DNA of 9,709 bases from a virus (lineage: Duplodnaviria > Heunggongvirae > Uroviricota > Caudoviricetes). Below the pieces are notes generated by a model. It searched no databases and was not told the origin of the DNA. It worked only from the letters and a program-made list of their open reading frames with translations. The position numbers and the translations under genes are program-made. The number at the start of each line of letters is the position of its first letter. Within the stretch, counting starts at the first letter, position 1. This document shows, in pieces, positions 1-6,551 of the stretch. The stretch is taken from IMG/VR virus record IMGVR_UViG_2671181064_000002, one strand, 5' to 3'.

Positions 1-184
1 TCGCCACGGGAATATCTACGGCAGCAAGCCAGTAATGGGTTAAGTGATAACAGGTGTCTGGAAATATAGGGGCAAATCCAGCGTTCATCAGCCCCCGCAT
101 TGCCGACAGGATCACAGACGGGGGGCGCAACTGGTTGTCGTTCAACTGGCCCAGCTACCGTTCTTGTATCAGAGGTGTGGCTGC

Positions 185-1576
185 ATGACAACACCAGTCT
201 GGCGTAATGATGACCTGGAAGGCGCTGTCATTGGCGCATTCTTTCTGCGTGGGGCAGATCATGAAGTGATGGATATTCTGATCACACTACCGGCGGACAT
301 TTTTTCTGTACGAGCGTATCGGGATATCTACACAGGCATCTGCAGACAGGCCCGTGTTTCAGGAGTGATTGACCCCGTGCTGTTGTGTAATGAGATGCCG
401 GAACTTGCCCCGGTGATTACTGATACCGGGCGTAAAACCTGGGTGAAGTCTTCACTGGAGCACTATGTTGCAGCGTTGCGGCGCAATGCCGCACTGCGCG
501 ATGCAGAAAAAACACTGAATGAGGCGCTGCAGAAATTACGTGATGCGCATACCTGTGAAGCAGCTGAAGATGCCCTGAAGGATGCGCAGAACATGATGGT
601 CACACTGTCGACAGGAAAGGGCGTCATTCAGCCGGTACATATTGATGATGTGCTTCCGGAAGTGGTTGAGCGTGTTGAATGCCGGAATCAGGGGCTGGAG
701 AAATCCAGGACGTTGATGACCGGTATTGATGAACTGGACGCAAAAACAGGCGGTATGGAGCCCGGAGACCTGGTATTCATTGCCGCCCGTCCTTCGATGG
801 GGAAAACCGAACTTGCGCTGGACATCATCGACAAGGTGACTGAGCAGGGGCATGGTGTGCTTCTGTTCACCATGGAGATGGCGAACATCCAGATTGGTGA
901 ACGTATGGTGTCTGCGGCTGGAGGGATGCCAGTATCACGCCTGAAATCTGTGGCTCACTTTGAAGATGAAGACTGGGCGCGTTTCTCACAAGGGGTGGGG
1001 CGGATGACCGGGCGCAATATCTGGATGGTGGACCAGGCGAACCTGACCATTGATGAGATATGCGCAACAACGAAACACCATCTGATTAAACATCCGGAAA
1101 CGGCGCTGGTGGTGGTTGATTATCTCGGGCTGATAAAAACCCGAACCACGGGGCGTCATGACCTTGCCGTGGGTGAAATCTCAAAGGGGCTTAAAGGCCT
1201 GGCAAAATCCGGTGGTTTTCCGTTGATTGCGCTGAGCCAGCTCTCCCGCGGTGTGGAGTCCAGACCCAATAAACGTCCCATGAACTCAGACCTGAAAAAT
1301 TCCGGAGAAATAGAGGCGGATGCAGACATCATTCTGATGCTTTACAGGGATGAAGTGTACAACCCGGATACACAGGCTACAGGCATAGCAGAAATTAATA
1401 TCACGAAACAACGTAACGGTTCTCTGGGGACGATTTACCGGCGTTTTTATAACGGACATTTTCTGCCTGTGGACCAGGAAAGCGCACAGGTTCTTTCCAC
1501 CCCAATGCGGCAGCCCCAGCCGCGCAGATACAGCAATACACGTACCGACAGCAGTAAGATGGAGCGTTTCTTTTGA
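185..1576 (+). CDS. Replicative DNA helicase, DnaB family
   Basis: Walker A ARPSMGKT and Walker B-like VVVDYLGL; DnaB C-terminal signature SQLSRGVESRPNKRPMNSDLKNSGEIEADADIILMLYRDEVYN. ATG at 185 preceded by GAGGTG (172-177) and gives 463 aa, typical DnaB length. The ORF is open in frame back to GTG 44, so the start is uncertain. Confidence 0.85.
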   Translation: MTTPVWRNDDLEGAVIGAFFLRGADHEVMDILITLPADIFSVRAYRDIYTGICRQARVSGVIDPVLLCNEMPELAPVITDTGRKTWVKSSLEHYVAALRRNAALRDAEKTLNEALQKLRDAHTCEAAEDALKDAQNMMVTLSTGKGVIQPVHIDDVLPEVVERVECRNQGLEKSRTLMTGIDELDAKTGGMEPGDLVFIAARPSMGKTELALDIIDKVTEQGHGVLLFTMEMANIQIGERMVSAAGGMPVSRLKSVAHFEDEDWARFSQGVGRMTGRNIWMVDQANLTIDEICATTKHHLIKHPETALVVVDYLGLIKTRTTGRHDLAVGEISKGLKGLAKSGGFPLIALSQLSRGVESRPNKRPMNSDLKNSGEIEADADIILMLYRDEVYNPDTQATGIAEINITKQRNGSLGTIYRRFYNGHFLPVDQESAQVLSTPMRQPQPRRYSNTRTDSSKMERFF

Positions 1577-1830
1577 ACAACCAGACAATGACTTTTACCT
1601 CTGAACAATTGCGTAAACACGCGCAGGAAATGTTGCGACAGGCGGAACAACTGGAAAAAACAGGTGTAACAAAAGATGCCATTCGTCGGGATATGGTGCC
1701 AGCGCTCAGGGAACTGATGCAGGCGAAACATCGCGCACAAAAAGCGGTGGATGAGCTCGTTGATTGTGTGGCAGAGCTGGAAACCAAAGTTGGAAAGTTT
1801 GAAAAAATGGTGCAGGAGGTGCTGCGCTGA
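1573..1830 (+). CDS. Hypothetical small protein (85 aa from TTG 1573; 80 aa if ATG 1588), predicted helical/coiled-coil
   Basis: ORF wedged between helicase and rusA with overlaps at both ends (helicase stop 1574-1576; TGA 1828-1830 overlaps rusA ATG 1830). GGAG at 1561-1564 precedes TTG 1573. Charged, heptad-like sequence; no motif I recognise. Confidence 0.5.
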   Translation: MNNQTMTFTSEQLRKHAQEMLRQAEQLEKTGVTKDAIRRDMVPALRELMQAKHRAQKAVDELVDCVAELETKVGKFEKMVQEVLR

Positions 1831-2201
1831 TGCGCCATGAGTTTATTTTACCTTATCCGCCGACGGTGAATACTTACTGGCGACGTCGTGGCAGCACATA
1901 TTTTGTATCAAAAGTTGGTGAGCGTTATCGCCGTGATGTGACGCTAATTGTTCGCCAGCAGCGGCTGAAATTAAACCTGTCCGGAAGGCTGGCGATAAAG
2001 ATTATTGCAGAGCCACCGGATAAGCGCCGTCGTGACCTGGACAATATCCTGAAAGCACCACTGGATGCGCTGACGCATGCCGGACTACTCATAGACGACG
2101 AGCAGTTTGATGAAATCAATATTGTGCGCGGTCAGCTCGTTCCTGGTGGGCGACTGGGCGTGAAGATTTATGAAATCACAGGTGATAACGATGGCGCGTG
2201 A
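1830..2201 (+). CDS. rusA: Crossover junction endodeoxyribonuclease RusA (Holliday junction resolvase)
   Basis: Motifs [45 protein letters not shown] and GGRL align with my recollection of E. coli RusA. AGGAGG at 1814-1819 precedes ATG 1830. Confidence 0.9.
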   Translation: MRHEFILPYPPTVNTYWRRRGSTYFVSKVGERYRRDVTLIVRQQRLKLNLSGRLAIKIIAEPPDKRRRDLDNILKAPLDALTHAGLLIDDEQFDEINIVRGQLVPGGRLGVKIYEITGDNDGA

Positions 2202-2577
2202 TATTCAGCAGGTTATGGAACGGTGGGGGGCTTGGGCTGCAAACACTCATGAAGATGTATCCTGGGCGTCGATCGCTGCTGGTTTTAAAGGGTTAATTCC
2301 GTCGAAAGTGAAATCACGCCCTCAGTGTTCTGATGATGATGCAATGATAATTTGTGGCTGTATGGCCCGGTTGAACAAGAAAAATCAGGATTTGCACGAT
2401 TTGCTGGTGGATTATTACGTAGGTGGAATGACTTTTATGAGTCTGGCACGGAAACATGGGTGTTCGGATACCTGTATTGGCAAGCGCCTGCAGAAAGCGG
2501 AAGGGGTTATTGATGGCATGTTGATGATGCTTGATATCCGGCTGGAGATGGACAGATACGTAGAACGAATTATGTAG
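2191..2577 (+). CDS. Late-gene antitermination protein Q (Phage_antitermQ / QuuD-like family)
   Basis: [23 protein letters not shown]...[24 protein letters not shown]...[24 protein letters not shown] matches my recollection of DLP12 QuuD-type Q proteins. ATG 2191 preceded by AGGTGA; overlaps rusA stop (2199-2201). An in-frame ATG at 2170 is the alternative start. Confidence 0.85.
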   Translation: MARDIQQVMERWGAWAANTHEDVSWASIAAGFKGLIPSKVKSRPQCSDDDAMIICGCMARLNKKNQDLHDLLVDYYVGGMTFMSLARKHGCSDTCIGKRLQKAEGVIDGMLMMLDIRLEMDRYVERIM

Positions 2578-2581
2578 GTGC

Positions 2582-2611
2582 TTGACCAGACACATTGTCC
2601 GGGGCTATATT
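2582..2611 (+). promoter_or_regulatory. Candidate late promoter pR' (TTGACC - 18 nt - TATATT), 5 nt after the Q stop
   Basis: -35 TTGACC 2582-2587 and -10 TATATT 2606-2611. Position immediately downstream of Q matches lambdoid late-promoter architecture. A perfect 6-bp hairpin CGCCAG-CAAAAT-CTGGCG at 2619-2636 lies in the predicted initial transcript. Confidence 0.5.
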
Positions 2612-2670
2612 CCTCACGCGCCAGCAAAATCTGGCGTCGGGATTGGAACCCCGGATAGAGACCGCGACAG

Positions 2671-2697
2671 ACACACGCCGCGAGCGTGTTTTTTATT
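2671..2697 (+). terminator. Candidate tR' intrinsic terminator (short pR' transcript of about 75-80 nt)
   Basis: Stem ACACGC (2673-2678) / GCGTGT (2684-2689), loop CGCGA, followed by TTTTTTATT. Confidence 0.55.
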
Positions 2698-2822
2698 GTC
2701 GTATGCACGCGCACATCTGAATTATGGTGGGGCGCATGGGGGAGCTGAAAAGCTCGCCGGTCGGTTTCCCGGTAGTTCCAACCCTGTGCGTCTCACCACC
2801 CGATGATTGGAACCTGACGGTG

Positions 2823-2851
2823 TTGACAGTTTCAGGTTTGCAGTTTACATT
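2823..2851 (+). promoter_or_regulatory. Candidate sigma70 promoter (TTGACA - 17 nt - TACATT) upstream of the ORF6N gene
   Basis: -35 TTGACA 2823-2828 and -10 TACATT 2846-2851. It sits about 200 nt upstream of the chosen start codon and is sequence-only, so it is weakly supported. Confidence 0.3.
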
Positions 2852-3057
2852 TCCCCGCGGTGCTCAAAACACCTCGAAAGCGGTATCCACACCCGATAGC
2901 CATGTGGTTTTTTTGTGTCCAGAATTCTTGGTTTATGACCGGGTGTGCGGCTAATACAATACCAGCAATGGAAATACGCCCGCCGACTTTCGACGGTTTT
3001 GAGCGCCCGGTCACCCTCTCAAAAGGGGTAAATCAAAATATTCGAAAGGACATGTCT

Positions 3058-3621
3058 ATGAATCGCACGTCTATTGAAAAACTCCCGTCACTTACGCATA
3101 ACCATCTTCCTGTCATGACAACAGAGCTGCTGGCTGATTTGTACGGAACAGAGCGCCAGCGTTTGACAAACAATTTCAATCGAAACAAAGAACGGTTTAT
3201 AGAAGGTAAACATTTTTTCCTGATAGAAGGTGATGCGTTACGAGAGTTGAAGAACGAAAACTCTTTAAGAGTTTCTGTGAAAATTGCCCGTAACGTTCGC
3301 TCCCTCATCCTCTGGACAGAACGTGGCGCAGCCCGTCACGCCAAAATGCTCGAAACCGATCAGGCGTGGGAAGTGTTCGAAAAACTGGAAGACTGTTATT
3401 TCAACCAGAAACAGCCACCAGCGGCACAAAACACATCTATCGAAAATGATGGATGCGCATTACTGAGCCACTTCGATAAACACGGTCAGGTTGAGTTCAC
3501 GGAAAAGGTACCCGCCGATGCGATGGTATGTACTCTGGAACGGTTTAAATTTTATCTGGAGCAACACGGGTGGATCGTTGCCCGTAAAGAGCAACTGGTG
3601 GAGCGGTTGATGCGGTTTTAA
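3058..3621 (+). CDS. ORF6N-domain (KilA-N/antirepressor-like) protein with an uncharacterised C-terminal region; cargo gene
   Basis: N-terminal motifs LPVMTTELLADLYGTERQRLTNNFNRNKERFIEGKHFFL and SLILWTERGAARHAKML resemble the ORF6N domain. ATG 3058 lies 7 nt after AAAGGA (3045-3050); ATG 3052 is too close to that SD. The ORF is open in frame back to GTG 2860, but that extension has no domain support. Confidence 0.75.
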   Translation: MNRTSIEKLPSLTHNHLPVMTTELLADLYGTERQRLTNNFNRNKERFIEGKHFFLIEGDALRELKNENSLRVSVKIARNVRSLILWTERGAARHAKMLETDQAWEVFEKLEDCYFNQKQPPAAQNTSIENDGCALLSHFDKHGQVEFTEKVPADAMVCTLERFKFYLEQHGWIVARKEQLVERLMRF

Positions 3622-3696
3622 AAATTTTTTCCGAAAACTTTACGATCGTAAAAAGTTGAATATCCTGTTAAGAGTGGTTACTACGCCACACAGCTT

Positions 3697-3722
3697 AAAC
3701 CCGCCGATGAGCGGGTTTTTTT
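3697..3722 (+). terminator. Intrinsic terminator downstream of the ORF6N gene
   Basis: Stem AAACCCGC (3697-3704) / GCGGGTTT (3711-3718), loop CGATGA, T-run 3716-3722. Confidence 0.7.
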
Positions 3723-3772
3723 ATACCTGAAAAACGGCACAGGACGTTAAACGTGCTGGTGGTCAGATGAGT

Positions 3773-3801
3773 TTGCAGATGTGATGACATATGGTTATTA
3801 T
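3773..3801 (+). promoter_or_regulatory. Candidate sigma70 promoter for the tRNA array (TTGCAG - 17 nt - TATTAT)
   Basis: -35 TTGCAG 3773-3778 and -10 TATTAT 3796-3801; the first tRNA begins at 3811. Confidence 0.4.
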
Positions 3802-3810
3802 TCTGCCTCC

Positions 3811-3887
3811 GGCCCTTTAGCTCAGTTGGTCAGAGCGAGCGACTCATAATCGCCAGGTCGCTGGTTCAAGTCCAGCAAGGGCCACCA
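3811..3887 (+). tRNA. tRNA, anticodon CAU; probably tRNA-Ile2 (lysidine, reads AUA), tRNA-Met not excluded
   Basis: Cloverleaf folded by hand: acceptor GGCCCTT/AAGGGCC, D-stem GCTC/GAGC, anticodon loop CTCATAA, T-arm GCTGG-TTCAAGT-CCAGC, encoded CCA. Closely resembles my recollection of E. coli tRNA-Ile2. Confidence 0.85.
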
Positions 3888-3888
3888 A

Positions 3889-3965
3889 CCACCACTAGCT
3901 CATCCGGATAGAGCATCAACCTTCTAAGTTGACGGTGCGAGGTTCGAGTCCTCGGTGGTGGGCCA
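3889..3965 (+). tRNA. tRNA-Arg (anticodon UCU, reads AGA)
   Basis: Acceptor CCACCAC/GTGGTGG (unusual C1-G72 pair), D-stem GCTC/GAGC, anticodon stem TCAAC/GTTGA with loop CTTCTAA, T-arm CGAGG-TTCGAGT-CCTCG, encoded CCA. Confidence 0.8.
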
Positions 3966-3967
3966 GC

Positions 3968-4043
<76 letters not shown>

Positions 4044-4046
4044 TAT

Positions 4047-4121
<75 letters not shown>

Positions 4122-4262
4122 GCGAGATTTGAGACGAAGGTTGTTATTTGCACTGACACAATATTGTGTGGGAATGTCTGACTCCTTACCATCTCCTGTT
4201 CTGTGATGTTGTTTTGTTGCAGTTCCAGTGCTCTTTTTTCAGCACCAGAATGGTGCATTGTC

Positions 4263-4482
4263 NNNNNNNNNNNNNNNNNNNNNNNNNNNNNNNNNNNNNN
4301 NNNNNNNNNNNNNNNNNNNNNNNNNNNNNNNNNNNNNNNNNNNNNNNNNNNNNNNNNNNNNNNNNNNNNNNNNNNNNNNNNNNNNNNNNNNNNNNNNNNN
4401 NNNNNNNNNNNNNNNNNNNNNNNNNNNNNNNNNNNNNNNNNNNNNNNNNNNNNNNNNNNNNNNNNNNNNNNNNNNNNNNNNN
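4263..4482. other. Assembly gap (220 N)
   Basis: Uninterrupted run of n. True length and content are unknown. Every six-frame ORF crossing it is an artefact. Confidence 1.
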
Positions 4483-4584
4483 ATTGGTGTGCTGGGAAGT
4501 CTGCTTCTGGGGCTTCTGACTTATCTGACAAATCTGTATTTCAAAATAAGAGAAGACAAGCGTAAGGCTGCGAGAGGTGAATAA
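4483..4584 (+). CDS. Holin, 3' fragment (S21-like pinholin C-terminus); 5' end lost in the gap
   Basis: Translation [33 protein letters not shown] matches my recollection of phage 21 / DLP12 EssD-type holin C-termini. Stop TAA 4582-4584 overlaps the endolysin ATG. Confidence 0.7.
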   Translation: MGVLGSLLLGLLTYLTNLYFKIREDKRKAARGE

Positions 4585-5081
4585 TGTCGCCATCATTACG
4601 CAAGGCTGTTGCAGCTGCTATTGGTGGTGGGGCTGTTGCTATAGCATCTGTGTTAATCACTGGCCCAGGTGGTAACGATGGTCTGGAAGGTGTCAGCTAC
4701 ATACCATACAAAGATATCATTGGTGTATGGACTGTATGTCACGGACACACCGGAAAAGACATCATGCTCGGTAAAACGTATACCGAAGCAGAATGCAAAG
4801 CCCTCCTGAATAAAGACCTTGCCACTGTCGCCAGACAAATTAACCCGTACATCAAAGTCGATATACCGGAAACAACGCGCGGCGCTCTTTACTCGTTCGT
4901 TTACAACGTGGGCGCTGGCAATTTCAGAACATCGACGCTTCTTCGCAAAATAAACCAGGGCGATATCAAAGGCGCATGTGACCAGCTACGTCGCTGGACA
5001 TATGCTGGCGGTAAGCAATGGAAAGGGCTGATGACCCGTCGTGAGATTGAGCGTGAAGTCTGTTTGTGGGGGCAGCAATGA
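4584..5081 (+). CDS. SAR endolysin (signal-anchor-release lysozyme, R21 / T4-lysozyme-like)
   Basis: N-terminal Gly/Ala-rich weakly hydrophobic segment [20 protein letters not shown] typical of a SAR domain; catalytic E-x8-D-x5-T pattern in [17 protein letters not shown]. Lies directly after the holin. Confidence 0.9.
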   Translation: MSPSLRKAVAAAIGGGAVAIASVLITGPGGNDGLEGVSYIPYKDIIGVWTVCHGHTGKDIMLGKTYTEAECKALLNKDLATVARQINPYIKVDIPETTRGALYSFVYNVGAGNFRTSTLLRKINQGDIKGACDQLRRWTYAGGKQWKGLMTRREIEREVCLWGQQ

Positions 5082-5542
5082 GCAGAGTCACCGCGATTAT
5101 CTCCGCTCTGGTTATCTGCATCATCGTCCGCCTGTCATGGGCTGTTAATCATTACCGTGATAACGCCATTACCTACAAAGAGCAGCGCGACAAAAACGCA
5201 AGAGAACTGAAGCTGGCGAACGCAACCATTACTGACATGCAGCAGAGACAGCGTGATGTTAATGCACTCGATGCTAAATACACGAAGGAGTTAGCTGATG
5301 CGAAAGCTGAAAATGAAACTCTGCGCGCTGATGTTGCCGCTGGTCGTCGTCGGTTGCACATCAAAGCAGTCTGTCAGTCAGTGCGTGAAGCCACCACCGC
5401 CTCCGGCGTGGATAATGCAACCAGCCCCCGACTGGCAGACACCGCTGAACGGGATTATTTCACCCTCAGAGAGCGGCTGATGACGATGCAGATGCAACTG
5501 GAAGGGGCACAGGAGTATATCCGCACTCAGTGCATTAAGTAG
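5078..5542 (+). CDS. Rz: Rz-like inner-membrane spanin
   Basis: ATG 5078 overlaps the endolysin stop (ATGA). N-terminal TM segment [14 protein letters not shown] followed by a charged coiled-coil periplasmic domain. Position after the endolysin and the embedded Rz1 frame support the call. Confidence 0.8.
   Translation: MSRVTAIISALVICIIVRLSWAVNHYRDNAITYKEQRDKNARELKLANATITDMQQRQRDVNALDAKYTKELADAKAENETLRADVAAGRRRLHIKAVCQSVREATTASGVDNATSPRLADTAERDYFTLRERLMTMQMQLEGAQEYIRTQCIK
5298..5480 (+). CDS. Rz1: Rz1-like outer-membrane lipoprotein spanin, embedded in the +1 frame of Rz
   Basis: AAGGAG (5285-5290) 7 nt before ATG 5298. Signal peptide with lipobox-like LVVVGC, then a proline-rich mature peptide (KPPPPPAW...PAPDW), about 41 aa. 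Confidence 0.75.
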   Translation: MRKLKMKLCALMLPLVVVGCTSKQSVSQCVKPPPPPAWIMQPAPDWQTPLNGIISPSESG

Positions 5543-5584
5543 CCTTTTTATCGTGGTAAACATTTCGCAGGGTATGAGGTATTT

Positions 5585-5935
5585 ATGCCATCACTAATCC
5601 CACGTGCCTGCCGTAAGCGTGGATGTGCAGGTACAACCACAGACAGTTCGGGTTACTGCGATAAACATCGCGGTGAAGGCTGGGTGCAGCACCAGCGCGG
5701 ACTGAGCCGCCACCAGCGTGGCTATGGCTCAAAATGGACGGTGATTCGTGCCCGTATTCTGAAGCGCGATAAAGGTCTGTGTCAGTTGTGTCTGCGTGTC
5801 GGTGTGGTGAGCGAGGCGAAAACCGTCGACCACATCATCCCGAAAGCGCATGGCGGAACAGACGCAGACAGCAACCTGCAGAGTCTGTGCTGGCCCTGCC
5901 ATAAAGCGAAAACAGCGCGCGAACGAATCCGGTGA
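5585..5935 (+). CDS. HNH endonuclease (packaging-associated, HK97 gp74-like)
   Basis: HNH motif CQLC...DHIIPKAHGGTDADSNLQSLCWPCHKAKT. GAGG at 5576-5579 precedes ATG 5585. Sits directly upstream of the terminase genes. Confidence 0.9.
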   Translation: MPSLIPRACRKRGCAGTTTDSSGYCDKHRGEGWVQHQRGLSRHQRGYGSKWTVIRARILKRDKGLCQLCLRVGVVSEAKTVDHIIPKAHGGTDADSNLQSLCWPCHKAKTARERIR

Positions 5936-5957
5936 TAATTATTCTCACTTGTAGGGA

Positions 5958-6017
5958 GGGGCGGGGCAAATCCCTGTGACCTGACGTCTTCCGGACTGCC
6001 CGCCCCATCGTTTTTTT
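5958..6017 (+). other. GC-rich imperfect hairpin followed by a T7 run; candidate terminator and/or cos-associated element
   Basis: Arms GGGGCGGGGCA (5958-5968) and TGCCCGCCCC (5997-6006) pair over 10 bp with a one-nt bulge and a 28-nt loop; TTTTTTT at 6011-6017. Located in the HNH-to-TerS intergenic region. Confidence 0.4.
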
Positions 6018-6056
6018 ATACCCGCGAAAAATGAAATTTAACCAGGAGTGCCGCAT

Positions 6057-6551
6057 ATGGCTGGAACGGCGGGGCGTTCCGGGCGTCGCCCCAAGCCAAC
6101 GGCGCGCAAGGCGCTGGCCGGAAACCCCGGCAAGCGAGCCCTGAACAAAGATGAACCTGTTTTTACGCCCATCAAAGGTGTTGAGCCACCAGAGTGGTTC
6201 GCTGAAGAAGATCTCCCTCTCGCCACGATCATGTGGCAACTGACAACCAAAGAACTCTGCGGTCAGGGCCTGCTGTGCGTGACTGACCTGGCGGTACTTG
6301 AGCGGTGGTGCGTGGCCTATGAGTTCTGGCGACGTGCCGTGAAAAATATTGCCATACAGGGCAACACCATCACCGGTGCAATGGGCGGCAGGGTCAAAAA
6401 TCCGGAGCTGACCGCCAAAAAAGAACAGGAGTCCGAGATGAGCAGCACGGGGGCAATGCTCGGACTCGACCCCAGCAGCCGCCAGCGTCTGATTGGCCTG
6501 GCGGGGCAGAAGAAAGCCACTAACCCGTTTCTGAAAATTATCGAATCATGA
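6057..6551 (+). CDS. terS: Terminase small subunit, P27 family
   Basis: N-terminal [29 protein letters not shown] is characteristic of the P27 family. AGGAG (6044-6048) lies 8 nt before ATG 6057. Stop overlaps the terL start (ATGA). Confidence 0.85.
   Translation: MAGTAGRSGRRPKPTARKALAGNPGKRALNKDEPVFTPIKGVEPPEWFAEEDLPLATIMWQLTTKELCGQGLLCVTDLAVLERWCVAYEFWRRAVKNIAIQGNTITGAMGGRVKNPELTAKKEQESEMSSTGAMLGLDPSSRQRLIGLAGQKKATNPFLKIIES

Noticed and set aside
44-184. In-frame 5' extension of the helicase ORF back to GTG 44
   Set aside because: ATG 185 has a good SD (GAGGTG), gives a DnaB-typical length, and the DnaB N-terminal domain begins just after it. The extension has no domain support and probably overlaps the end of an upstream gene.
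536-1838. Minus-strand ORFs antisense to the helicase and small ORF (536-853, 688-888, 867-1070, 1286-1588, 1401-1838, 1447-1740)
   Set aside because: They lie entirely antisense to a forward gene with strong family motifs, have low-complexity Ser/Cys/Arg-rich translations and no RBS.
2641-2814. 10-bp direct repeat GATTGGAACC at 2641-2650 and 2805-2814 as a possible att-like or repeat-element boundary
   Set aside because: A 10-mer recurring once in 9.7 kb is expected by chance many times over. I kept it only as a possible binding-site motif in the intergenic finding.
2724-2954. Forward 76-aa ORF in the Q-to-ORF6N intergenic region
   Set aside because: No RBS, overlaps the candidate promoter, and the translation is unremarkable.
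2860-3057. In-frame upstream extension of the ORF6N gene from GTG 2860
   Set aside because: The GTG would sit at or before the predicted transcription start, the extension (MLKTPRKRYPHP...) has no domain signal, and ATG 3058 has a proper SD.
3058-3621. Shiga-toxin-like or porin cargo in the Q-to-lysis slot
   Set aside because: The only gene in the slot has an ORF6N-type N-terminus and no signal peptide; it does not resemble StxA/StxB or a beta-barrel porin.
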